This document shows positions 37,482 through 48,783 of a stretch of DNA of 64,000 nucleotides, in pieces. This DNA comes from Podospora anserina (taxonomy: Eukaryota), in assembly GCA_017654855.1 (NCBI GenBank), contig CM030334.1, positions 2,480,001 through 2,544,000 of the forward strand, read 5' to 3'. Position numbers and translations under genes: made by a program. Position 1 is the first letter of the stretch. The number at the start of each line of letters is the position of its first letter. The notes beneath the pieces are model-generated. The model saw only the letters and a program-made list of their open reading frames with translations. It was not told the DNA's origin and made no database searches.

Positions 37482-38702
37482 ATGGCCATAGACTGGGGGA
37501 CGTACGTGTATCTCTTTCTCTTTCTCCCACGCCCCCAAATCTACCTCTTAAGCTCCAGCTAACAAGTTAACAGCATCAAATCCCTCCTCATCTTCTTCGG
37601 CCCCCTCTTCCTGCCCAAAGCAATATCCTACTACCGCTCCATCCGCGCCGCCTCCCAAACCCACCGCCTCAAAATCATCCCCCTCTCCCCCTCCCTCACC
37701 CGCGCCATCGCCATCCTCTCCGCTGTGGCAACCACCTTCCTCCTCCGCGCCCTCCCAATCTTTTCCCCAGAAAACATCTTCGGCATCACCCAATCCCGCC
37801 TCCAGATCCCCACCGAAGTCTTGTTCAACCGATTATCCTCCCTCAGGGAACTGCACACCCTCACCCCGCTAGACCTCGCCCTCAAAGCAAAATTCACATC
37901 GCTCGAGTCAAGACTGTTGTACCTCCAGTTCGGACCGGATGTCCTAGGAAACTGCCCTTTTTGCAACAGCGACGATCCGACGAGTTATTTGTATTATGCC
38001 ATCCCGAGTATTTTGACGCCCCATGTTTTTAATCTGGTGGTTATCACGCTGGTGACGTCGAGTTTGTTTTCGGGGGAAAAGGCGGCTGGTTGGCGGACCC
38101 CGGCGGCGATTGCGAGTGTGGTGGTGGCGGTGCTGGATTTGTATTTGACGAGCAGTTTTAACCATCAGTCTAACTCGAACAAACTACGGCTGCAGGATCT
38201 GGCTTTGTTTTTTTGGAGTTCGAGGCTGATGAGATTTATTTCTCTTGCCATGTTGGATATATTTCTTGCGTTGGCGATATATCTTACTGGGACGAACAGG
38301 GCGTTTGTCACGCCGCCATCACCGGCGGAGAGGATAGAGAGTGTCTTGAAGGGGTTGGGGAATATCAAGGGGAAACTGAATGCGGCGGGGGTGGTGAAGA
38401 ATACGGTTACCAGGGATGAGGGGTTGAGGGGAAGGAGTAATGGGTATTGGGCGCATGAGGTGAGGTTGACGAGGGAGATGATGGAGGAGGAGGAGGTGGT
38501 GAGGGGGATGAATGATGCGCTGGAGAATAGGCTGGATGTGAGAAGTTTGGAGAGGGATGCGGAGGAGTATACTAGGGGGGTTTTGGGGGGGTTGATGGGG
38601 CTTAATAGTCCTACGGTGGCAAGCGGGGGGGAGGCGGTGCCGGGTACGCCAACTACTACGACGTCGTCGACGACAGCAGGTGGGCACGTTAAGGAGGAGT
38701 AG
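37482..38702 (+). CDS. Conserved-looking fungal multi-pass membrane protein, function unknown
   Basis: Exon 37482-37501, intron 37502-37573, exon 37574-38702 giving MAIDWGTIKSLLIFFGPLFLPKAISYYRS. Several TMs and a RLLYLQFGPDVL.NCPFC motif. Confidence 0.8.
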
Positions 38703-39078
38703 ATGGTGGTATCTTGGGTAATGTATGATGATTTAGCGAGCGAGTTCTTTTGGCGTTTAAGGATAATATTAATTGTTATATCAAGAGAGTCTGGTGGTGA
38801 TAAAGTGCTTCAAACCAGGTTGAATGCCTACAACACCTAACCCTTATAATTTCGAAAGATAAACACCAGCACTACAAAACTCATGTCTTTTGATCTGCCC
38901 AAACCCAACAAAAAGAACAACATGCCACATGCCATGAATAATCCATGTCTTTGATGCAATACCATGGTACTATAACTAACCTCCTCCGTTTCATGGATGC
39001 CTATATACAAACCAACTACCAATAAGCTATATATTGTTATCTTTCCCACCCGCTTCCCTTCTTCTTCTCTCACGAAAT

Positions 39079-41371
39079 TCAGACACCCGGCCTCGTCCCC
39101 GCACTACTAGCACTATCCTTCCTCGACCCCTTGCCTCCCCCACCCACACCCGCCTCATCCACGCTCCTCTCCAAAAAGCTCGCCCAAAGGTCGCTCAAGC
39201 TCTCCCCTCTTTCTTTGGGTGTCGCCCCCGCAAGCGAAGCGTTCTGATCAGCAAAAAACTCGCTGTTCAACGCCGGCGAACTAGGCGTGCGATGGAACGG
39301 TGAGGTGGGAAGGCGCAAACCTCCTGAAGCGCCAGGGCGGGAGAGACCGGCTTTTTCGCGCTGTTCCTCGCTCCACCCGAGAAAGCCAGCCATGACCTGC
39401 AGGATCTGGAAGCGTTTGGGGTCTGAGCGGTCGAGGGTGAGGAATTGGAGGAAGTGGTTTGTTACTAGTTGTCTGTGGGAGATAATTAGTGGTTATCGAT
39501 CGGCTGAGAGAGGTGTGGGGGGCATACTTGTCGATCATCTCCTCTGGCTTCGTCTTCTTGATGTACTTCAGTGCCTTGGTCAGGTGGTCGTTTAGAACGA
39601 TGGCTTCGTGACGAAGTTTGCCAATGAGAAGGTTCTTTTCCTTGACCTCCTTTTCAAAGGGGGCGGTCCGTTCGAGTTCCTTGGAGAGGGTTTCCCTTGC
39701 TGCTTCGGCCTCGTTGGCTTTTTGCTCGGCTTCCTGAACGCGCTTCTTGAGGGATTGGACGAGCTCTTCATTTGCTTCGACAATGTCCCGGAGTTCCTTC
39801 TTGCGAGCGTCTTGGATCTCTTGGAGGGCTCGCTGAAGTCTATCCACCGCTTGGCTTTGGACGTCTCGGTCCCCGACGGCTCTTTCGTAGCCTTCTTTTG
39901 TGGAGAGCAATTCCTCTTCCAACTCGGAGACTTTCTCGGCGAGGAGTTCTCTTTGGGAGCGTTCTTCCATGGCGATGACCTCCCATTCTCCCATCGCGGT
40001 GGCTGTGCTTTCCAGTTCTTCTCTTAGCTTCTTGACCAGCCTGTCCAAGTCATCTTTTTCCCTGTGCCAATTTTGTTGAGACAGATTGGATCTGCTTCTC
40101 AGGCTTGTCAACTCCCGCCCTTGTTCCTGAACCTCTTGCTTCAGCTGCTCCGTCTCCTCCCTTTGGGACTCGATCTGTTGCGTGAGCTGGTCATTCTGCG
40201 CTTCTAATTCCTCCACCCGGTCCTTCGCCTCTTCCAGCTCGGCCTTGTCGCGCTTGAGGCGCTCGCCGAGGGTCTCTTTGATCTTCTCAACGCGACCGAG
40301 AAGGGTCTGGTATTGGGTTTCCGCATGGTCCTTGGCGGATTCGGATTCTTCGAGGTCGGCTTTCAGCTGGGTAATCTCTGTTGACTGAGCTTCCAATTGC
40401 TGGCGAAGCTTCTCTACCTCTTCTTGGAGAACCGAGTTATCTGGTGAGGAGGACATGGTGGCTTCCAGTTTGGTGTTGATGCTGGGTGGTTGCGGGGGCG
40501 TCGTCGTTTTCTCTGTTGGTTTGTGTTGGTGGCCGTTTGTGTCGGCATGACCGTTGGCTGGGGGTTCCTCCTCTGACTGTTCAGGCTCGGGCTCTTCCTC
40601 CGGCTCTACTGTTTTCTCGGGTTCGTCTTCTGGCTTCACAGATTCGAGTGCCTCGTCTGCTAGCGGAAAGGTGTGCTCGAGCTTATCTGGCGGCGGGGAC
40701 AAGGGGCTGCCTGGCGCATTCTACCCAATGGGTTAGTACACCTTCAACGACATGAAACCCACGGTCCCGAGGCCGGTAGTAGGCAAGGGGAGGGGGCAAA
40801 TGACCAGAGTTCCAAACATAGTAGGTTGCGCATACCAGAGTTTCTGGCTCTTGAGACCGGGCGCTCTCAACGCCATCCTTTTCTCCTGGTGGTGGCTCTC
40901 GTTGCTTCTGCGCCGCTACGCTGCTGCTGCTGTTGTTCCCGTTGCTACCCTTCCCGCCGTTGTTGGTGTTATTATTATTGTTGTTGGTGTTTTTCTTCTT
41001 CTTATTCCTGTTCTTCCTGCTAGGAGTGGTATTTGAAGATGCGGTCGAGGCGGGAACTAATGGTGGTGAATTACAACAATTGCATGATTAGCGCAAAATG
41101 CACGTCAAGGGGAGATCTAGGCCTCGTCATAGAAGAAGAAATAGGAAAAAAGACAAGATGGCAAGGTGATAGGTTCCGGTATATGCATGTATTGTAACAG
41201 AACATAATCGTAGGGTCTCCCCGTCGGACCAGTTGCGGTCTGGCCACTTGCACTCTTTCAGGCCCTTCGCTTGCTGGGCGGTGGTGCTACCCCCAGCAAA
41301 GCCCACATGGGGAACATACCTAGTGCTGTTGATTGGACAGGGCTGCCCTTCGGTGCGGAAGAAGAAGACAT
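39079..41371 (-). CDS. RUD3: Rud3/GMAP-210-type coiled-coil golgin with GRAB domain
   Basis: Exons 41371-41320, 41056-40836, 40720-39528 and 39472-39079, all phase-consistent. Long coiled coil, then EVKEKNLLIGKLRHEAIVLNDHLTKAL and IDKQLVTNHFLQFL...KRFQILQVMAGFLGWSEEQREKAGL. Confidence 0.88.
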
Positions 41372-42244
41372 GGCTTCCGGGGCAGATTTTAGCAATTGGT
41401 CATGGAATCAATGCCCGGGGGATGATGAAGAGGAGCAGAAATGTGGCCCTATGTGTCTTATTTTGCCTGGCTGGCCGTGGAACAAGTACTTGTGTTGAAA
41501 CAGCAAGGTAGAGCTCAGCGAGTGCCCGCCGTGTGCGCCGCAGCAAGCATCCCACTTCCATGAATTCCGATCCGTTGCTCCACGTCAGCTCGGCCTGTTC
41601 CTCGCCCTTGGAAGACAAGAGAACTGTTCCTTGCTCAGAAACAATGCATATTCTTACGTGTCATCTACAGGCCTGAGAAGCTAGCACGAGGTCCCCCAAG
41701 GAGGTTTTTAGTCAGGGCTTGCATCTTGATAAATGCTACCATGTTACAGCATGCAGCAGCCGCAGAGCGGCGCAAGAGACGGTGTTCACAGGTGGGGACC
41801 AATATTACGTAATCTTCAAGGTCACGGACCAATCGTGGGTTTTTTCACCAACTCCAGGTTCTGCCAGCCGCGAAGAAACTTTCCCTTTTTCTTCTTTACA
41901 TATTTCACCCTTCCCCCCGAATATTCTTGGAATCCGCCCGCTGGTGCATTTATGTAACAGCAAATGTGGCGTTTTCATCTCTTGGGGAGAAGTAGACAAA
42001 ACTATCCGCGCTTTATAATCCTGACATATCTCGAATTGATCGTGAAACATCAGTTCACCAAATGAGGGTGCCAGGTTCGCTTGGGGCGGACATGCTACTT
42101 CACCATGAAACTTGGTGTGTGAATGGTGTGTGAATTGTGATGTATTTAAAAATCAACTAAAAACTGGCCAACAATGCAATTTTTTCTGTCTTGAGTCGGG
42201 GTATCAAGTACTCTTCTCTTTGCCTATATTAGGTATTATGCCCC

Positions 42245-43529
42245 TCATGGCTTCGTCTTCTTGTTCCTCGTGCTGCTCCTTGTCCCCTTTCTGGGTGTGT
42301 CCTCCTTGGGCTCCTTGGCAGCCTTAGTCTTTTTGACCTTGGTCACCTTGGTCTCGACAACCGTCTCAACAACCTCTTCAATCTTCTCCTCAATCTTCTC
42401 CTCAACCTTTTCCTCGACGGCGGGAGGGGCCTCGATCTCCTTAGGAGCCTCCTCCTCGGCGGTTCCGTTCTCCAGTTGTGGCTTGGCCTCGGGAGCTTTG
42501 AGTTGAGGGATGTCAAACTCGTAGTCCATAAGATCCTTGAGCTTCTCAGCCCGCGCAAGCCGTCTCTGCTCCTCCTTTGTGATCTTGGCCTGCCATTGCG
42601 ACTCGGAAAGCGGTCTTTCGAGCTGGTTGCCGGCCATCTTGTTCCAGGGGACGACCTTGAAGCGGCGGTTGGCGCCCTTGAAGAGGTCAGGGTGCACCTG
42701 CTCAGGCGGCACAACCTTGGCGGTAAGAATGTGGCCGAAGAGAAGGTACTTGTCCATGGTGCGCGCCGCGATATCGGCCACCTCAGCCTCCGCAAACTCA
42801 ATGAAGGCACGATGACGGCTGGCGCCTGTCTTCTTGTTGCGCACAACTCTCAACTTGGTGATATCGCCGAATTGACCGAAGTACGCCCGGAGCTCGTGCT
42901 CGTAGAAACCGTGGGGGATGCGTCCGAGGTAAACGACGCCGGGGTTTCCACTGCTGACTGGGGTCTCCTTTTCCTTCTTCTCCTTCTTCGCCTTCTTGGA
43001 CTTGGGGATCTTGCCGACATCCTGACCCTTCTGGAAGGTCTCGCTGATCCGCGTTGGCTGTTCCTCCTCGTTGTCGCTGTCAAGGGCCTCAACTAGGGCT
43101 TGGGTCTCAAGGTCGACCTCCTCGTCCTCCTCCTCAAAGTTCACAGTCTCTTCCTCGACTGGTTCCTCGACCTTCCTGGCCTTCTTGGTGGGCTTCTCCT
43201 CCTTTGTTGGCTTCTTCTCCTTCTTCAGCGCCGACTTCTTGGGGGCCTCCTCGGCGACAACGTCCTTGGCGGGCTTCTGCTTCTTGATGACGACGGGGGA
43301 CGCATCCTCAGTAGCTGCGAAGAGATGGTTAGACAATTGTCGCTCCAAGACAAATATGGTGGGAGAAAACAAACCCTTGCGCTTCTCGGCCTTGGGGGTT
43401 CCGTTGGCGGCCTTCTTCTCCGTGGCAGAAGCTGTGAACCAACTCATTAGTATTCAGTTGTTTGTTTGCCGGATTTTGAATGAACAAACCCTTCGCCTTA
43501 CGGCTTGCACCGTTAACTGTTCTGGCCAT
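42245..43529 (-). CDS. NOP15: Nop15/NIFK-like RRM ribosome biogenesis protein
   Basis: Exons 43529-43490, 43431-43375 and 43314-42245. RRM GVVYLGRIPHGFYE...RNKKTGASRHRAFIEF...MDKYLLFGHIL. Confidence 0.9.
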
Positions 43530-43834
43530 TGTGAATGTTGATGATTGTGTGGGTTGCAGAACAGGATTGTTGCTGGGGCGGGCGCAAAAGTGCAATCCAA
43601 TGGCTCCGTCCAGCGCTTCACCTCCAGAAAATTTCTGGATTCTGCCAGTGCGACCGCATCCTGGAAGGCGGTGAATTGCCAAGCTCTCTGGTCCCACCTT
43701 TAGCTGCACCCCTTGACCCACTCATGTTCACCCCTTCAACCTCACTCTTGTCGACAGCTTCAATAACAGCCGATACAATACTATTTGGGGCCTTGTCAAT
43801 ATTGTATGTTCCGTGAACCCAGAACTCGTCAGTT

Positions 43835-44344
43835 TCAGCTGGTATCGTCAGCAACCATTATACCGTGACGGACAGTTTCCCTTCCATTATCCCGTTGCTC
43901 AACTCTCTTCTCACCCTTCTCAGACCATTCCTCATACCAAACCACATCCTTACAATCCACACTAGCACCTAGCTCATACCACGGGGGCTCAGGCGTCTCT
44001 TCACTGCCAGAGAATTGCAGTAGTCAAATCATGCCTATGCCTTGTATTTTGGTTGAAGATACTGCTCGTCCACAGCCTTAGTATCGGTTGCATGCTGAAC
44101 AAGCTTGTGCTCAAGGATACAGTCTTTACAGTCTTGGAGATAAAGAGTGAAGGACGATGCTAGAAAACTCCATCCTGGTGTTTGGTAAGCTACTGTTTTT
44201 CGCTATAAAAATTGTCTGGCATTGGGTGGTGTCGGTATAGGCAACTTCGTCTTTATTGTCTTGAAGAAATCTTGTGTTTTGATGACACTAACTGCAGGAC
44301 AAATTACAAGGGGGCGGCAGGATTTGAGCATCTTCGCCGAGCAT
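43835..44344 (-). pseudogene. Copy C: decayed paralogue of the Cys-domain/TM/EL-repeat family, with internal deletion
   Basis: Manual translation gives DAQILPPPCNLSC|GTTAGT intron (44292-44216)|NNFYSEKQ*...ASSFTLYLQDCKDCILEH...EQYLQPKYKA*A*FDYCNSL. This joins out of frame to a tail-like ETPEPPWYELGASVD; no stalk or TM is left. Confidence 0.75.
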
Positions 44345-44749
44345 CAATGGCTGCACAACTTCGGTAGATGTTATCTCGGGTTTAATCTCAATCACCGTGC
44401 TAATATCGGGTAAGAAAGTCACATGAGAAGAAGAATGGAAATAGGGGCTTGGACCTCAGTATTGAATGGAATTGGTTCATGGGGTCATGTAGTTCTCCTG
44501 GATCTACTCTTCCGGAGCCATGGCGAGAATACCCTCCAACACTGATTATCAACCGTGAGGCACAGTCGTATGTTTGTGAATGATCTTTACCAGTAATTCC
44601 AGCTCATGTTGTACCAGAACGTTTGGTTTATGCTATCAAGACAGATGCATGGAACCTGAGCTACGGAGTATAGCGCAGCTCATGCGATCTGCGCATCACC
44701 TTCTTGGGCAGCATGATACCTTTCCAACAGATGTACGGCATATTTTCCT

Positions 44750-45219
44750 TCATCGTGTTTGTTGCCATTGCCTAGCAAGCTTGTCGCCAAGGCGAGTACT
44801 CCCTCGTTTCCAGGTTACCAAATGTATCACCATCAACACCCCCAATCTCACGATCATGTATTGAGAACGGTCACCCTTCTCTCCTTGATCCGCAGTTGCA
44901 TCAAGCTCATGCCATCGAGTTTCCGGTGTCTGCTGAAGCTCTGTTATCCCTGGTGAAACTGGAAGTTCGCAAATTTCACCAGTTGTCGAGTTTGGATCCT
45001 TCTTGGCCTGTCTATGCGGCTTGGCAGTCAAAGAGTCCCCGTGAAGCTGTGCCTTGTCCCATATGCCATTGTCGGCCCTTCGCTTCCTTAGCCTTCTTCG
45101 AATCAGATAGGCTACAACTCCAAAGAGAATGAACGCTGCTATCATGGAGCCCACGACGACTCCGATCAAGGCACTTCTGCCTAATGTGCCTGCATCGTCA
45201 TTTGAGTTGGATCCGGTGA
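44750..45219 (-). other. Orphan TM + cytoplasmic-tail exon (candidate alternative terminal exon of copy A, or remnant of a fourth paralogue)
   Basis: TTCTAAC branch plus AAG acceptor at 45221-45220, phase 1. Open frame VTGSNSNDDAGTLGRSALIGVVVGSMIAAFILFGVVAYLIRRR...WDKAQLHGDS...ELP...ELQ...WHELD. Confidence 0.65.
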
Positions 45220-45396
45220 CTTCGAGGGTTAGAATAATTGCTCTCAGTCATATGAGGCGGCACAGCCATTCCCGTCATTTGTGCATAACACCCCCTTCAT
45301 TATGTTCAACCTATTCTGAGCGTTACCATCCTCATTTACCCTCCTGCCCTTAAACCTTTCTCCAGTCATGATACAGAGCCACCGACTCTCAACTCT

Positions 45397-46591
45397 TCAA
45401 AGCATTTCACCCCTCCCACCCCCCTCCCTCTTCTCGAAATGAGCACAACCACCATCCAGTTCATACCTCGGAAGGCCCTGACTTCCCTGAAGCTCCTTCG
45501 ACATGGGCGATATAGGAAGCTCTGTCGAGTCAGAACCAAGTGGAAGCTCCCGGAAACCTGAGTCCGGTAGCTCTCGAAGCCAAGAATTTGGCAGCTCTTG
45601 CGGGGATGTTTTTGGTTTGACGGGTATAGAGTCGCCATGTAGCTGTGCCTTTCCCCAGACCTCATCTTTCCCGTCGTTTGCGTCTTCGGTTCGAGGAATG
45701 GGTTCTTTTTTCCGCCGGCGTCGTATCATGAAGGCAATGGCACCCAAGAGGAGGAGTCCGCCTATTACTGAGCCTACTATCACACCGATGAGGGAGCTTC
45801 TGTTTAGTGTAGTTGGGGTTCCGGATTGGTCGAGCTCGAGTTCTGAGACTTTGGGGTTTCGTTAGAATGTTATCTGGCAGTGTGGTTGGTGGGTGGTTAC
45901 TTACCAGACTGTGTGGCAGTTGCGGAGGTGCTAGTAGCTAGACGTGTTGGCGTTAGATGATGAAGCATGGCGTTGGAATAGAGTAGACCAACTTACATGA
46001 TGATAGACTCGTAGTGGTAGCATTGCTGAAGGTGGTCGAAGTTGTTTCCTGGGGATCAGTAAGGTTGAAGGACTTCAGATTGGGTAGAATCTGTGTGACT
46101 GTCTCCAAAAACGAAGTGATGCTATTCGGGCCCAGTAATGTTTGTTTCCAGTAGGTCTTTGTTACAGTGTCAAAGTAATCGGCGGGAAACTCAATCATCT
46201 TGGTCGGTCCACTGGTAGCTGATATCGGGATCGCCGGCAAGGCTTCGCAGTAGTCCAGCCATGGTTGAAAGTTTGGCTTGATGTAACCCTTCTCGATCTC
46301 TGAATACTTGGTGTCATTCGAGTTATCCTTGATACAAGCGGTACAATTCCCGAAGATTGAAAGAAAGGCTGCGTCTTTTGAACACAGTTCTGCAGTTTTG
46401 ACGAGCCTTTGGGCTTCCATATATGCGCTATCTAATGACATTCCGGGATTCGCATTAGATACGCCATTTCTTCTCCAATTCAAGATCCAAAACTTACCGC
46501 AGAGTGAGAAGCACATAGCTGGCAGCAACTGAGATCCCTCACCCTCTTGCCGTGCTTGTAAGCCCATAGGCGATAGCTGTCGTTTTCCCAT
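45397..46591 (-). CDS. Copy A: intact single-pass membrane protein (6-Cys N-domain, Thr/Ser stalk, TM, GKAQLHGDS + ELP-repeat tail)
   Basis: Exons 46591-46498, 46431-45997, 45937-45905 and about 45842-45397; GTAAGT donors, all phase 1. TM LIGVIVGSVIGGLLLLGAIAFMI followed by RRRRKK. Confidence 0.8.
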
Positions 46592-47248
46592 TTCATTGGG
46601 GGTGAGAGGGCTTGTTGCGGGGTTGATGAAACTTGAGAACAGAAGGAAGGGAGAGATGGTACCGCTTACTAGGGAAACAGCATGAGCTGAAATATATGGC
46701 CAGAATACTACTTATCTCGCTGTGATCGTCGAATTCAGCTGCATGCAGAACGAGATGCCATTTCAGTCACGATGCATCATACATGTAAATACTCCAGCAA
46801 AGTGCAGTTTTTGGGCACAGCCTCGTCCAAGTGATCGACACTTACCTGAAATTACTGTACAACCTCGCCTGCCATTGCATGAAGATGTTGTAGATATCCA
46901 GCCAGTGGCATACCCTTATAATTTGCCGAACGGCTGTATTGTCTGCATTTACTTTCTCGTTTCCAATCAATCCAGGTCTTGGCAACAGAGCAGTTGACCC
47001 CTTGGTTGTCGCTCTATGGCGGCCTAGGCCGTGGGCTTGAATGTACCTGACGCTGATGCTGTTCTGGTTAGGCATTTGGATATCACACTCTTTGGCTCAT
47101 ACCTGAATGCTCGAATGCGAAAGCCTTGCTTCGTATTTACTCATATGTTTGGGTTTAGACCTTTCTTGTATGCTCATAACCCCTGTCATCACCGTGTTTG
47201 CTATTATCATTATCATCAGCTCAACCATTTCCTCCCTCATTGCGCAGG

Positions 47249-48783
47249 TCATACCGACCTCCTCTCCTTTCTCAACTTCTCCCCACCCCCATCAAGCTCA
47301 TACCTCGGAAGATCAAACGTCTTCTCCAACTCCACGACCCCCGTAGAAACCACCAACTCCCTCAATACCCTTATTTCCCTCAGCTCACAAAGCTCCCGCA
47401 AGTCACGAAGCTCACGGAGAGCACGAAGTTCGCCCATCTCGGCATATGAAAGCCCTCTTGGCGATCCTCGAGATGATGTATCGGCCGCAAGCTCTCGAAG
47501 CCATGTGTCTAGCACTTCCGCTGGTGGCACCCTTTGGTGTGAGTGATTTGCTGTGAAGTTGAGCCTTGCCACTAGGCCAGGTATCAGAGCTTGATGGTGT
47601 TTTGCTTCGTTGCCGTTGTGAACGGATCAGGTATATGATGCCCCCTAGGAGAAATAGTACTGCTATGACTGAGCCCGCGATGATTCCAGTAAGGGTTGGA
47701 GTGTCTAGTGAGCTTGGGATAGGAGGAGTTGAAGAGGTTGAGGTGGGGGGCCCGGAGAGATTTGTACGAGAATTGCCAGATGTATTTGGGGCCAGAGTGC
47801 TCTCCGAGTTTGAGGCAGAAATACCTGGTGAGTGTGAAGCGGTGGTTTCTGGGGACTTTGAAGCGGTGGTTTCTGGGGAGTTTGAAGCGCCATTTCCAGA
47901 GGTATTTGAGGCAGGGGCTCGTATTGCTGTCGAGAAGCTTGTTTCAATGATTTTACCTCCGGCTTGAGACATGTTAGGACTCGAAAAAGAAAATGTGATA
48001 AAGGGGTACTTACCCAGTGCAAAGGGAGACGCTGAGGAGCTAGCTTATTGATCGATATATGTCAGATAACAATGGGACCAAACCCGTGGTACTGGCGCTG
48101 ACATACAGGATAATGGAGCAGTGCCTCTGGCGTTGGTTGGGCTGCTCCTGGGGAACTTGCAAGAGTGGGAGGAGAAGACGGCTCGCTAGGTAACGGAACG
48201 TCGGTTGTGATACTATTTATGCTTATACCAGTGGATGGTGCAATGGGCTATTCGTTAGGAGGCGGTGTGCTGGGTATGGGTGCTGCCCTGGGTGTTTGGG
48301 GTGAAGTGGCGGGACTGATGTCGATGACAGGTTTGTCCGTACTTTCAGGGACCTTAACGATGGTCGCTGGGGTGATTGGTGTGCTGGTTGGCATATCGGT
48401 GCTGGTCATGTACTGAACGGGTGGTAATGATTCGTAGTAATCCAACCACGGTTGGAAAGTAGGCGTGAGATATTCTCTTTCCGCAACCCCGTACATGCCA
48501 TAGTCGCTCATGTCACGAATACACATTCTACAGTCATTGTATGAGCTGTAGAACACAGAGTCCTCTTCGCACAACTCTGGATCTTTGCCAACCCTCTGCG
48601 CCTCAAGATAGGCACTATCTATTGATATATTAGTACTGTATTTTTTTTTTCGTGAGCCTAGAGCCACTCACCGCAGACTGAGAAGCAGGGAGCTGGCACA
48701 TGAATAATGCCGTCAGTGCACTGTCTCGTCCGCAAATTCACGGATCGCCCCCTCGGGCCTTTCGTCCCAACCTCGTGCTCCAT
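47249..48783 (-). pseudogene. Copy B: disrupted paralogue of copy A
   Basis: Same four-exon layout (48783-48672, 48618-48107, 48043-48014, 47962-47249). In-frame TAG at 48250-48248, a frameshift late in exon 2, and a frameshift near 47535 after GKAQLH; the homologous tail WLREL...LPRYELDGG is in another frame. Confidence 0.75.
47770..47912 (-). repeat. Degenerate 24-nt tandem repeat encoding ASxSPETT-like stalk units
   Basis: GAAGCGGTGGTTTCTGGGGA occurs twice, 24 nt apart, with degenerate flanking units. Confidence 0.75.
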
